Source: Candidatus Sumerlaea chitinivorans (GTDB taxonomy: Bacteria > Sumerlaeota > Sumerlaeia > Sumerlaeales > Sumerlaeaceae). Taken from it: 64,000 nucleotides of DNA. The stretch lies in the NCBI GenBank assembly GCA_003290465.1, contig CP030759.1, forward strand, positions 2,180,572 to 2,244,571, given 5' to 3'. This document shows, one piece after another, positions 1 through 9,153 of this stretch (positions are counted from its first letter, which is position 1; every line of letters starts with the position of its first letter). The notes below the pieces were generated by a model. The model was not told the origin of the DNA and searched no databases. It was given only the letters and a program-made list of their open reading frames with translations. The translations under genes and the position numbers were made by a program.

Positions 1-598
1 AGCTTTCCGCCGTTCCCCACGGCTGATTCAAGTCGGTGATCACCCGCGTCTGAATGCCGCGGTGGTAAAGATCCCACGTGTGCGCGCCCTCGATTTCGTC
101 ACACACGCGCACGCAACGCGTGCAAAGGATGCACCGGTTGTGGTCCGCCACAAAGCGCGGATGCGAGGCGTCCACTTTAAGCTTCTGATACAAGTAGGGC
201 ACACGCACGTGCGTCATCCCTTGCCGTTGCGCCATGGCCTGAAGATCGCAGTGGCCATTCGTGACGCACACCGCGCACACATGGTTGCGTTCCGTAAACA
301 GGAACTCGAGAATCATGCGGCGATACTTGCGCAGCCGCTCGCTATCGGTGACGACCTCCATATTCTCGTGAACGCGCGTGACGCATGCCGGCAGGAGCTT
401 ATTCACACCCTTCACTTCTACCAAACACATGCGGCATGCGCCAACAGGCGTGAGGCCTGACAAGTGACACAACGTCGGGATTTCAATGCCATTCTCGCGC
501 GCGACCTCAAGAATCGTCTGATCGCCCTTTGCGCTGACGTCTTTGCCGTCGATCTTGAGAGTCTTAACGCGCACCTGCGATGCAGCAGTCGTCGTCAT
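1..598 (-). CDS. Partial (3'-truncated by window edge) NuoG-N/HoxU/HndD-like iron-sulfur subunit; 2Fe-2S ferredoxin plus 4Fe-4S region
   Basis: ATG at 598..596 overlaps the TGA of the upstream NuoF-like gene (ATGA). My translation of the reverse strand reads [21 protein letters not shown]...[10 protein letters not shown]...[13 protein letters not shown]...[16 protein letters not shown] with no stop to position 1. The cysteine pattern is typical of the N-terminus of NuoG/HoxU/FdsA. It is not in the ORF track because no stop lies inside the window. Confidence 0.7.
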   Translation of the reverse strand, partial: MTTTAASQVRVKTLKIDGKDVSAKGDQTILEVARENGIEIPTLCHLSGLTPVGACRMCLVEVKGVNKLLPACVTRVHENMEVVTDSERLRKYRRMILEFLFTERNHVCAVCVTNGHCDLQAMAQRQGMTHVRVPYLYQKLKVDASHPRFVADHNRCILCTRCVRVCDEIEGAHTWDLYHRGIQTRVITDLNQPWGTAES

Positions 599-2247
599 AC
601 GAGCACCTCCTCACGGGCCATACGGCACACGCCGGCCGGACACCGCTTCTCGATGATGTGAGCCTCATATTCTTTGCGGAAATACCGCAGCGTACTCACC
701 ACGGGATTCGGGGCAGTCTGGCCAAGACCGCACAGGCTCGTGTTCTTGACCATATCGCACAGCTCCTCGAGCAGCTCGAGGTCTTCCATCGTGGCCTCGC
801 CGCGGGTCATGCGGTCCAGCAGATTGTACATGTGGACCGTGCCCACGCGGCACGGCACACATTTGCCGCACGACTCGGTCATGCAGAACTCCATGAAGTA
901 CTTCGCCACATCCACCATGCAGGATGTCTCGTCCATGACGATCATCCCGCCGGAGCCCATGATGGACCCCACACTGGCCAGCGATTCGTAATCCACCGGC
1001 ATGTCGAGGAATTGCTCGGGGATGCAGCCGCCGGAGGGGCCACCAGTCTGAACTGCTTTGAACTTCTTCCCGTCGGGGATCCCGCCGCCAATATCGAAAA
1101 TGATCTCGCGCAGCGTGATGCCCATGGGCACTTCCACCAAACCCGTGTTCACTACGCGGCCGGCCAAGGCAAAGACCTTGGTGCCCTTGCTCTTCTCCGT
1201 CCCAATGGAGGCAAACCACTCGCCACCGTTGCGGATAATCGGCGCAATGTTCGCGAAGGTCTCGACGTTATTGATCAGCGTCGGGCAACCCCATAGACCC
1301 GATTGCGCGGGATAGGGCGGACGTGGTCGTGGCTGACCACGCTTGCCTTCGATCGAAGCAATCAGCGCTGTTTCTTCGCCGCAAACGAAGGCACCCGCGC
1401 CTAAACGGATCTCTATGCGGAAATTGAACGTGCTACCACAGATGGAATTGCCCAAAAACCCATTCTGCTCGGCCTGTTTGATCGCTTGCTTCAGGCGCTT
1501 GATCGCCAGCGGGTACTCGGCCCGCACATAGATGTAACCCATGTCCGCACCGACCGCATAGGCGGCGATCGCCATACCCTCGAGCACCCGGTGCGGGTCG
1601 CTCTCCAGCACGCTCCGGTCCATGAAGGCGCCGGGATCGCCCTCGTCCGCGTTACAAATCACAAACTTGCGCGACCCGACCGCCTTGGCCACCGTACTCC
1701 ATTTAAGACCTGTCGGGTAGCCCGCGCCCCCACGCCCACGCAGGCCGCTCGTCGTAACCTCCTGAATCACTTCCGAGGGGGTCATTTCGGTGATGGCCTT
1801 GTAGAGGGCACCGTAGCCACCCACCGCAACGTAGTCCTCGAACGACTCAGGATTAATGCGGCCAGCATTCTCGAGCACGATGCGCTTCTGCCGCTGGAAG
1901 AGTGGCGTGTCCGTAGGGAGGACAAGCTCGGGGACGGGGGCTTTATCGAGCGAGTCGATGATTTTCGTCGCATCCTCGGGAGTTACGGCGTGGTAAACGA
2001 CCCCGTTGACGTCCAGCGCCACGAGCGGGCCGGCCGCGCAAGGCCCCAAACAGCCCACGGGCCGTACCATCACGCTCTCCTCGAGGCCGCGCTCCTTGAT
2101 GGCCTGCTTTAGCGCCTCAAACACTTTGTCCGCGCCTGAGGAGAGACATCCGGCAGCCATACAGACGCCAATGCAATGCTTGTACTTCGCGAGCGCCTCG
2201 CGCCGCGAACTTGCTAAATTTTCGAGTTCTTCAGGAGAGATCGTCAT
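595..2247 (-). CDS. NuoF-like NAD(P)H-binding FMN/4Fe-4S diaphorase subunit (HoxF/HndC/FdsB-type) with N-terminal thioredoxin-like 2Fe-2S domain
   Basis: 550 aa. Motifs seen: [13 protein letters not shown] (FMN site), [14 protein letters not shown] (NADH site), [13 protein letters not shown] (4Fe-4S). The N-terminal [10 protein letters not shown]...CLGPC pattern is thioredoxin-like 2Fe-2S. It has 4-bp overlaps with both neighbours. Confidence 0.88.
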   Translation of the reverse strand: MTISPEELENLASSRREALAKYKHCIGVCMAAGCLSSGADKVFEALKQAIKERGLEESVMVRPVGCLGPCAAGPLVALDVNGVVYHAVTPEDATKIIDSLDKAPVPELVLPTDTPLFQRQKRIVLENAGRINPESFEDYVAVGGYGALYKAITEMTPSEVIQEVTTSGLRGRGGAGYPTGLKWSTVAKAVGSRKFVICNADEGDPGAFMDRSVLESDPHRVLEGMAIAAYAVGADMGYIYVRAEYPLAIKRLKQAIKQAEQNGFLGNSICGSTFNFRIEIRLGAGAFVCGEETALIASIEGKRGQPRPRPPYPAQSGLWGCPTLINNVETFANIAPIIRNGGEWFASIGTEKSKGTKVFALAGRVVNTGLVEVPMGITLREIIFDIGGGIPDGKKFKAVQTGGPSGGCIPEQFLDMPVDYESLASVGSIMGSGGMIVMDETSCMVDVAKYFMEFCMTESCGKCVPCRVGTVHMYNLLDRMTRGEATMEDLELLEELCDMVKNTSLCGLGQTAPNPVVSTLRYFRKEYEAHIIEKRCPAGVCRMAREEVLV

Positions 2248-2747
2248 GATTTCACCCTCTTTTCAATGCGCTCAAGGATTTCGGCGGACGACAACTTGCC
2301 AGCCACTTCACCATCAATCACAGCAGCCGGGGCAAGACCGCAGCAGCCGAAGCAACGCGCCGTCAGCAACGACAGCTCGCCATCCTCGCTCGTCTCACCC
2401 GGTTTAACCCCATACTTCTGCTCGATCGCCTCAATGAGATTCCCGGCGCCCTTGATATAGCAGGCTGTTCCGGTGCACACCACACAGGTGTGGCGCCCTT
2501 GAGGCTTGAGCGTAAAGAAATGATAGAACGTGGCGACGCCGTAGACCTTACTCAGCGGCAAGTGCAACGAATAGGCAACAAACCGCATCACGTCCTCATC
2601 AAGGTAACCGAACGCTTCCTGCGCTGTGTGCAAAACCTCGATGAGGGAATGCGCCTTGTAGCCGTGCCGACGCATGGTCGCCTCGAGCAGTTTCCAACGC
2701 GTATCGTTGGAAGGAGGTGTGGGTTTAGTGTATTTTGCTTTGAGCAT
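2244..2747 (-). CDS. NuoE-like 2Fe-2S thioredoxin-fold subunit (HoxE/HndA/FdsG-type)
   Basis: 167 aa with a [13 protein letters not shown]...CFGCCGLAP cysteine pattern. It is the first gene of a three-gene operon and is preceded by GGAGCG 6 nt before the ATG. Confidence 0.85.
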   Translation of the reverse strand: MLKAKYTKPTPPSNDTRWKLLEATMRRHGYKAHSLIEVLHTAQEAFGYLDEDVMRFVAYSLHLPLSKVYGVATFYHFFTLKPQGRHTCVVCTGTACYIKGAGNLIEAIEQKYGVKPGETSEDGELSLLTARCFGCCGLAPAAVIDGEVAGKLSSAEILERIEKRVKS

Positions 2748-2783
2748 AGTTTACGCTCCTCGATCCTCGGCGGAAGATAATAG

Positions 2784-2805
2784 AGAATTCTTTCTCTATT
2801 TAGCT
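2784..2805. promoter_or_regulatory. Perfect 9-bp inverted repeat AATAGAGAA-TTCT-TTCTCTATT, 37-58 bp upstream of the NuoE-like start; candidate operator
   Basis: Read directly from the sequence (gataatagagaattctttctctatttag). It lies in an AT-richer, ORF-poor 600-bp region that is 5' of the minus-strand operon. Confidence 0.4.
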
Positions 2806-3222
2806 GTTGCGCCCGCGACGTATTTTACCGCTCATCACAACCTCTTCCGCCTTGCTTGACTTCGAATTCACCCCAACATCACACCTAAATTCAAGAAAAA
2901 TTTATCGAGATTGAATTCCTTATTTGCTTTGCCTGCAAAACCCCGAGATCTCAAAGAACTATATAACCACTCCATGACAACTGCCCACTCTTTTGTAAAC
3001 CTCCCCAGACCGGTCCGTCCGAGTATTCTCTGCCAAACCACAATGACTTCTACCATATCTGGACCCGACCGCGCAACATGAATTATCCTGTTTCAATCCC
3101 ACCAGAAAATAGAAAGCACCCCAAGGTCGTCCGAGGTGCTCCCCCTGCGGATCAATCCACGTTGGGCTGTCCCTGCCCACCGTGAAACCGGAAAGCGTTC
3201 ACTTCCAAATGCTGCTCACCGC

Positions 3223-3273
3223 GGCAGGACAAATAAAGAGAACGGGAGCTTGGGGCACTGCCGCCATGCTCCC
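3223..3273 (-). terminator. Candidate rho-independent terminator downstream of gpmA
   Basis: On the minus strand, a GGGAGC...GCUCCC stem with a 18-nt loop is followed by GUUCUCUUUAUUUGU. It is ~90 nt past the gpmA stop. Confidence 0.35.
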
Positions 3274-3359
3274 GTCCGGGTTTTGTTTGCACGTGCAAAC
3301 CTCGCCACTCACGCGCAGCCACGCGCGCGCAAGAAGCGAGGAGCAAGCCTCTTAGGGCA

Positions 3360-4106
3360 TTACTTTGCTTTTCCTTGGTTTGCCACCGCTTCCGCCGCGC
3401 GCGCCACTGCCTCCGGATCCCCCAAATAATAGTGGCGGATTGGCTTCAACTCGTCGTCGAGTTCATAAACCAGAGGGATCCCGGTCGGGATGTTGAGCCC
3501 AACAATCTCTTCGTCGCTGATGTTATCGAGATACTTTACCAGCGCGCGCAAGCTATTGCCGTGGGCCGCGATGATCACCCGTTTCCCGCTTCGAATGGCT
3601 GGCGCGATGGTCTCATGCCAGTAGGGCAGGAAGCGTTGAACCGTATCCTTCAAGCATTCGGTCACGGGAATCTCCTCGGGGCGCAGATCGCGATAGCGCG
3701 GATCGTGTCCCGGCCAACGCGGATCACTTTTCTCCAAAGCCGGCGGTGGCACGTCGTAGCTTCGGCGCCAGATTTTCACCTGTTCCTCGCCGAACTTCGC
3801 TGCCATCTCGGACTTGTTGAGCCCTTGGAGGGCACCATAGTGGCGTTCGTTCAGCCGCCACGAATTATGGATGGGGATCCACATGAGATCCATCTCGTCG
3901 AGCACGATCCAAAGCGTCCGAATTGCCCGCTTGAGGACGGAGGTAAACGCGACGTCAAAACAATAGCCTTCTTTCTTTAGCGTTTTGCCCGCCTCGTGGG
4001 CTTCCACGATCCCCCGGTCGGACAAATCCACATCCGTCCAGCCAGTAAAACGATTCTCTTTATTCCAAACACTCTCGCCGTGACGCAGCAACACAACCTT
4101 ATGCAT
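3360..4106 (-). CDS. gpmA: 2,3-bisphosphoglycerate-dependent phosphoglycerate mutase
   Basis: 248 aa. [24 protein letters not shown] and the RHYG and [10 protein letters not shown] motifs are the full dPGM signature. Confidence 0.93.
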   Translation of the reverse strand: MHKVVLLRHGESVWNKENRFTGWTDVDLSDRGIVEAHEAGKTLKKEGYCFDVAFTSVLKRAIRTLWIVLDEMDLMWIPIHNSWRLNERHYGALQGLNKSEMAAKFGEEQVKIWRRSYDVPPPALEKSDPRWPGHDPRYRDLRPEEIPVTECLKDTVQRFLPYWHETIAPAIRSGKRVIIAAHGNSLRALVKYLDNISDEEIVGLNIPTGIPLVYELDDELKPIRHYYLGDPEAVARAAEAVANQGKAK

Positions 4107-4253
4107 GTTGGATCCTTTCTCTGAAATGTATCTCGCGTTCGCTACACTCTACCCCTGTCGGAAAAAAACTTCGTCAAGCCTGAATGGGAAAGAGGCAGAC
4201 ACCTGGAAGGTGCTGAAAGATTCATGGGAGGCGTCGAGTGCGTCGCCTAGCAA

Positions 4254-4287
4254 GTGAAAAACCCTCACGCACGCTCAACGTCGTGCG
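4254..4287 (-). terminator. Candidate terminator after the GspE-like gene
   Basis: On the minus strand, a CGCACG-N8-CGUGCG hairpin is followed by UGAGGGUUUUUCAC, 35 nt after the stop. Confidence 0.35.
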
Positions 4288-4321
4288 AATCTTCGCCTCT
4301 CTTTGGTCTCAGCGCAGAACG

Positions 4322-6517
4322 TTACGGCGTGGGTGGCAGGGGCGCCTGCGTGGCATCGCCGGCGTCGCGAGCTCGCATGCCCACCTCACCTGACCAAGGT
4401 TCGGACCCCGCTGGGGCGGCTTCCTTCTCGATCTCTGCCATTCCGACCTTCGGACGTTCCGCCGGTTTTCCCGTATGGAGTTCGCCACCCGCTTCTTCCA
4501 CCGTTTGTTTGAGCAGTGTCTCCATTTGCATGCGAATGGACTCGCGACTCTCGCGCGGAGTGTGCTTGCAGACCTCTTCAAATGTAGTAATGCCAAGGCA
4601 GATTTTGAGCCACCCATCTTGGCGCATGGTTTTCATACCTTGGCGAATTGCGGTATCCTGAATCTGGTCCGTGGTTGCACGCTCGAGGATTAGGTCGCGA
4701 ATCTCATCGGTCACCCGGAGAAGCTCGAAAATGCCGATTCGGCCCTTATAGCCAGTCTCGGCGCATTCGGCGCACCCTTCGCCGTGGAAGAAAGTGATAT
4801 CGGCAACCTCTTCGCGCGTGGTTGCGAACTCTGCCAACTCCTCTGGCAGCGGATCGTATGGCCGCTTGCAGATCGGGCAGATCAGGCGGACAAGGCGCTG
4901 TCCGATGACAGCCTCCAAGGACGACGTGATCAAGAACGGCTCGACCCCCATGTCAATCAAACGCGTGACAGCGCCGGCCGCACTATTCGTGTGCAACGTC
5001 GAGAAGACCAAGTGACCGGTCAAGGATGCCTGAATTGCAATCTGAGCGGTTTCGACGTCGCGGACTTCACCGACGAGAATGATGTCGGGGTCCTGACGCA
5101 AGATTGCGCGGAGTGCAGCCGCAAACGTCAGTCCAACGTTCGGGTTGATGTTCACCTGCACCAGCCCATCGAGCTGATACTCCACCGGGTCTTCCGTCGT
5201 GATAATCTTCTCCGTCGGGCTATTGATCTCGTTGAGCGCCGCATACAGCGTCGTCGTTTTTCCAGAACCCGTGGGGCCGGTGACCAAAATGATGCCGTTG
5301 GGCCGCTCCACCACTTTCATGAATTGCTCGAGCACATCGGGCATCATGCCGATCTGCTGCACGCCAAGGAGGGCCATGTTCTTATCCAAGATACGCATGG
5401 CCATGCCCTCGCCGTGGGCCACTGGCAGCGTCGAGACACGCATGTCAATTTCGCGCCCTTCGACTGTCAGCTTGATGCGGCCATCCTGAGGTCGGCGCGA
5501 CTCGCTGATATCCATGCCCGCCATGACCTTGAAGCGGGAGATAATGCCCGTCTGCCATGATTTCGGCGGCGACGGGATTTCACGCAGCACACCGTCCACG
5601 CGGTAGCGAATACGCAATGCGTTCGAGAATGGCTCAATATGAAGGTCGCTCGCGCGGTCTTTGATCGCTTGCAGGAGTAGGAGGTTACAGAAACGGATGA
5701 TCGGGGCTTCCTGCGCGATCTTTTCAATGTCGCTCAGGTCGTAGGTACCCTCGCGCTGCTCTAAGCCGGTAGAGGTGTCTTCGGCTTCAAACTCCTCGAC
5801 CATCTGGTCGAGCGTCTTATCGCCGACGCCGTAGTAGAGGTTAATGTAGTCAACGATCTCCTCTTCATTGGCGACGACCGCTTCCACATCCCGGACGTTT
5901 TGGTCCATGAGGAACAACCGAAGGTCGTCCACAATCCGCACATTCAACGGATCGCTGATCGCCACGACAATGGTTCGGTCTTCCGCCCGGTACTGGATCG
6001 GGAAAACCGTATACGTGCGCGCAATCTCGGCCGGAATCATCCTCAGCAATTCGGGGGTAATCCACGTCTTCGGTACATCTCCCAATTTGATGTACTTGAG
6101 GCCCGCCTGCTCGCTGAGAATTTCGAGCATGTCGGCCTCGGGCGACACGGCAAGATCCGGCACTGAGGGTTGTTCGGGTGCGGCGCGTAACTTACCCGCT
6201 TCCTCACCCTGGGGCGCAAAGGCACTACCGACCGTTTTCCGCGCTTCTTCCTCCTGCGGAACAAGGCGCTGTTTCTGCGAGCCCGTACGTGCGGCAAGTT
6301 CGTCCGGCGGCGCATTCGGGATCGCCCGCATGCGCGTCGTTTGCCCGCCTGTTGAGGCCGAAGGTTTTGCCTCAGGTTTGGCTGCCGGATCAGGCAATTT
6401 CGCGGACGAAACGCCCTTTCCCTGCGTTTCGCCATTCGAGGGCTTTGCTGGCTCGTCGCTTTTGCCCGGAATGAATTTTTTCAAAAAAGACATGGATACC
6501 ACCATTCCTCTCGACAC
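4322..6517 (-). CDS. GspE/PilB-family secretion ATPase with ~130-aa low-complexity K/P/A-rich N-terminus and ~75-aa C-terminal extension
   Basis: 731 aa. Walker A is GPTGSGKTTT; Asp and His boxes are present; tetracysteine motif CPIC...CAEC. A GSPII_E N-terminal domain is present (KYIKLGDV...). The start could be internal. Confidence 0.85.
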   Translation of the reverse strand: MSRGMVVSMSFLKKFIPGKSDEPAKPSNGETQGKGVSSAKLPDPAAKPEAKPSASTGGQTTRMRAIPNAPPDELAARTGSQKQRLVPQEEEARKTVGSAFAPQGEEAGKLRAAPEQPSVPDLAVSPEADMLEILSEQAGLKYIKLGDVPKTWITPELLRMIPAEIARTYTVFPIQYRAEDRTIVVAISDPLNVRIVDDLRLFLMDQNVRDVEAVVANEEEIVDYINLYYGVGDKTLDQMVEEFEAEDTSTGLEQREGTYDLSDIEKIAQEAPIIRFCNLLLLQAIKDRASDLHIEPFSNALRIRYRVDGVLREIPSPPKSWQTGIISRFKVMAGMDISESRRPQDGRIKLTVEGREIDMRVSTLPVAHGEGMAMRILDKNMALLGVQQIGMMPDVLEQFMKVVERPNGIILVTGPTGSGKTTTLYAALNEINSPTEKIITTEDPVEYQLDGLVQVNINPNVGLTFAAALRAILRQDPDIILVGEVRDVETAQIAIQASLTGHLVFSTLHTNSAAGAVTRLIDMGVEPFLITSSLEAVIGQRLVRLICPICKRPYDPLPEELAEFATTREEVADITFFHGEGCAECAETGYKGRIGIFELLRVTDEIRDLILERATTDQIQDTAIRQGMKTMRQDGWLKICLGITTFEEVCKHTPRESRESIRMQMETLLKQTVEEAGGELHTGKPAERPKVGMAEIEKEAAPAGSEPWSGEVGMRARDAGDATQAPLPPTP

Positions 6518-6738
6518 TGAGGCTGGCTCGTGCCTCTGTGCCGACTTACATCAGTATAGGACACACCCAGCGCTTTTCCTCTTCAATCGAATCGTTCAAA
6601 GGAGGTCGCGCAAAATCTGAGTCAACCTCTTACTTTCTCCTCTGAGACGACTCAAGCACGATTTTAGTATTGCCGTCTCCCGTACCCACACGATACCCAT
6701 GGCAAGAGCTCAGATCACCAAGACAACGGAGAATCGAC

Positions 6739-7611
6739 GTGAGTAAGAAGACTTTGCGGCCGAAAGCAACTGCCACAAGCTCGCGCACTTTTCGGCGCGT
6801 CCTCATTTGGTGTGATATGGAGGGAATCAGCGGAATTACCCGTTGGGAACAGGTAACTTCAACCTCACCCATGTACGCCGAAGGGCGTGCGCTCTACACG
6901 CAGGACGTAAATGCCGCGGTGCGCGGAGCAAAGCGGGCAGGATTTTCGGAAATCTATGTGGTGGATGGCCATGGTGCTGGCGGGAGTTATTCGTTCAATA
7001 GCTGGCTAAAGGACCAGCTCGAGCCGGGAGCAACCTATATTTTCGGTCATCGATGGGGATGCTATGTGGAGCCACTGCGCATGGGCGATTGCGTAGTGAT
7101 TCTTGTCGGGGCCCACGCGCGCGCCGGCACATCCGACGGCATCCTCTGCCATACAATGTCGAGTGAGGCTTGGTACGACGCCACCCTCAATGGCGAGCCA
7201 ATCGGAGAGGTGGGTTTTGCCGCAGCCATCGCCGGTAGCTTCGGTGCGCCCATCGCGTTTATCTCAGGCGACGCTGCCGTCTGCCGTGAAGCGGGCGCTC
7301 TATTGGGCCGCGCACTCGTGACTGCTGAGGTCAAGAAAGGCATCACGCGCTACAGCGCCGCATGTCTTGCCCCGAAGGATGCCCAGCAGCTCATCGAGGA
7401 TCAGGTGTGTGCAGCTCTCTCGCGTCCCGCAGCACAATTGCCCGCCCCGTACCGACCCAAGCCACCCCTTGAGCTCAGGGTGGATCTCATGGCGCCCGAT
7501 CAGACAAAGCTATATCTTGGGCGTGAGGGAGTAAAGATCGTCAACGGGCGCACGCTCGTGGCGCGCGGTAAGGACTTCTTCAGTCTGTGGGATCAATTCT
7601 GGCACTACTAA
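6739..7611 (+). CDS. Peptidase M55 (D-aminopeptidase DppA-like)
   Basis: LIWCDMEGISGI aligns with the DppA N-terminal VDMEGISG. GTG 6739 is preceded by GGAGAA with 7-nt spacing. The ORF track starts at 6670, which I consider less likely. Confidence 0.65.
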   Translation: MSKKTLRPKATATSSRTFRRVLIWCDMEGISGITRWEQVTSTSPMYAEGRALYTQDVNAAVRGAKRAGFSEIYVVDGHGAGGSYSFNSWLKDQLEPGATYIFGHRWGCYVEPLRMGDCVVILVGAHARAGTSDGILCHTMSSEAWYDATLNGEPIGEVGFAAAIAGSFGAPIAFISGDAAVCREAGALLGRALVTAEVKKGITRYSAACLAPKDAQQLIEDQVCAALSRPAAQLPAPYRPKPPLELRVDLMAPDQTKLYLGREGVKIVNGRTLVARGKDFFSLWDQFWHY

Positions 7612-7847
7612 TTCTGCGCTTGTCAGATTTTTTGAATTCCCACTCCCTTGTGAAAAACCGCCGATTTTCGCAAGAGCTCGACCCGTCGCCGAAAAGCGGA
7701 ACAGCCGCAGTGCGGGGCGAAGTAGTGTGTGGGATTGAGCATGAGAGAGACACCGCGTGGCGGCATTTGCCCAAGTGAGGGAAATGTTGGGCGCAGGACG
7801 CCCGCGCGCCCTGCGCCCGCGTGATCGCGCCTCCGATCGCGCTCGGC

Positions 7848-8057
7848 TCACTGGCCGATATCGCGCTTGCCCACGCTGTGGGTCCACGTGGCGCCAAAGA
7901 ACGCGACTCCGAGCTCAACAGCAGCTTTCAGGATTGCGTCGGCCTGTTGCTGCTCAAGAACATGAAGTGCTACCGCGCCGGCCAAGAAGGTGGACAAGAA
8001 GATGTAGGTGCGTGCACTTCCAAGGAACTTCGCGAGTCCGCTGCGCAGCGGTTCCAT
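7848..8057 (-). CDS. Small (69 aa) single-TM hypothetical protein
   Basis: A strong RBS (GGAGGAGG, 6 nt) precedes the ATG at 8057. The codon usage resembles neighbouring genes. One hydrophobic helix (YIFLSTFLAGAVALHVL) is present. It lies 58 bp downstream of, and co-directional with, the GH46-like gene. Confidence 0.5.
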   Translation of the reverse strand: MEPLRSGLAKFLGSARTYIFLSTFLAGAVALHVLEQQQADAILKAAVELGVAFFGATWTHSVGKRDIGQ

Positions 8058-8115
8058 GGTTTGCCTCCTCCGATTTCTGGAAAATGACGAATCGCAGAAG
8101 CGGAGCGACGTCTCT

Positions 8116-9021
8116 TTAGGCGAGCGCCTGCAAAGTTAGATCGTAGCTGCGCCGATGGACAATGCCCCAGCCACGCGCAAACACGAGTTTGCGACCGAGC
8201 ACATCCGCACGCCAAGGTGCTCGGGACTCGGCGGCTACAGCAATTGCGATCACTTCGAGTCGCGATTTCGATGCCGGCGGGGCGTCGCGATCCCTCATGA
8301 GACGCGCGAAGTGAGTCTCGTGAGCGGCGCGCCACCCACCATTTTGTACCCAGACATCGAACAGCAGTCCACGCCCGGTGGGGCTCTCCACACCAAGTTT
8401 CTTGGCGCACGCCGCCGCTGGATGCCAGCAGCGCTCGCGAGCAAAGCGCACCTGAAGCTCGCGCATCTGCGGATGATTGCCCCACGCCGCGAAGCTCGCC
8501 CGCACTTCAGGTCGCACGCGGCGCATGGGGTCCAGCATGACTCGCTCCCATACGTGACGATCGCTGTCGCGCAGAAGAAGTTGCTCGAGCCTGCGCCGAA
8601 AACTCCGCGGGGCATACTCCAACGCTTCGGGAGCATGCCTCAGAAATTCGGTCACAAGCTCCTGAACCTCACCATGCTCGGTAGTGAAGCCAATGATCCC
8701 GAAGGTGACTCCAGCGCCGTCAGTGTCGGTCGGGTTGCAGTCCCCGAACCCCGTCCCCTCGAATGCCGAGGTGAGCGTGAGGCAGCGCCGGAATTCATCT
8801 GGCCACTCCAAACCGCACGCCGAGAAAACGGCTGCGTCCGCGTCGCCAGAGGGCTCGCGGCCAATCGAGCGTTCCACACGCTCCACCGCGTCGCGCGTTT
8901 GCGGACCAAAGATCCCGTCGGCTGCAACACCTAATGCATGCTGGAGTTCCGCAACGCACAAGCCCACCCCGCCCATTCGATATGCAAGTGGCACAGGGCA
9001 CCGATCCTCTCCGCGTGGCAC
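8116..9021 (-). CDS. Peptidoglycan-binding-domain protein fused to a GH46 (chitosanase-like, lysozyme-superfamily) domain; no signal peptide
   Basis: The N-terminus LQHALGVAADGIFGPQTRDAV is a PG_binding_1-like repeat. SAFEGTGFGD...DGAGVTFGIIGFTTEHGEVQELV aligns with the GH46 chitosanase catalytic region (ENSS...DGRGYTGGIIGF...MLELV), including the Glu and Asp positions. Confidence 0.6.
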   Translation of the reverse strand: MPRGEDRCPVPLAYRMGGVGLCVAELQHALGVAADGIFGPQTRDAVERVERSIGREPSGDADAAVFSACGLEWPDEFRRCLTLTSAFEGTGFGDCNPTDTDGAGVTFGIIGFTTEHGEVQELVTEFLRHAPEALEYAPRSFRRRLEQLLLRDSDRHVWERVMLDPMRRVRPEVRASFAAWGNHPQMRELQVRFARERCWHPAAACAKKLGVESPTGRGLLFDVWVQNGGWRAAHETHFARLMRDRDAPPASKSRLEVIAIAVAAESRAPWRADVLGRKLVFARGWGIVHRRSYDLTLQALA

Positions 9022-9153
9022 GCGTTTGGGAAACGCACACCCCGCTTTCTCCGATTCGATGCCCCGAACTTAGACACGTCGGCTGAGCCCGACAATTCCC
9101 CCACGGGTGCTAGGCAGATCTTAGCGGCTTATCTTGTATGTCCCGAGCGCGTT

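Noticed and set aside
62-460. 132-aa plus-strand ORF at the window start
   Set aside because: It is antisense to the partial NuoG/HoxU-like gene, whose translation shows canonical FeS cysteine motifs.
580-1296. 238-aa plus-strand ORF, and several other 60-250 aa ORFs (665..1219, 674..991, 1486..2112), antisense to the NuoF-like gene
   Set aside because: They lie entirely inside a well-supported minus-strand gene. They have no RBS and their composition is R/H/A/P-rich, as expected from antisense frames of GC-rich DNA.
2868-3429. Small ORFs (62-97 aa) in the AT-richer region upstream of the NuoE-like gene
   Set aside because: None has a recognisable RBS or protein-like composition. The region is better explained as regulatory or non-coding.
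6670-6738. Longer N-terminal extension of the DppA-like ORF
   Set aside because: GTG 6739 has a GGAGAA RBS and gives an N-terminus matching DppA. The upstream part is Pro/Arg-rich.
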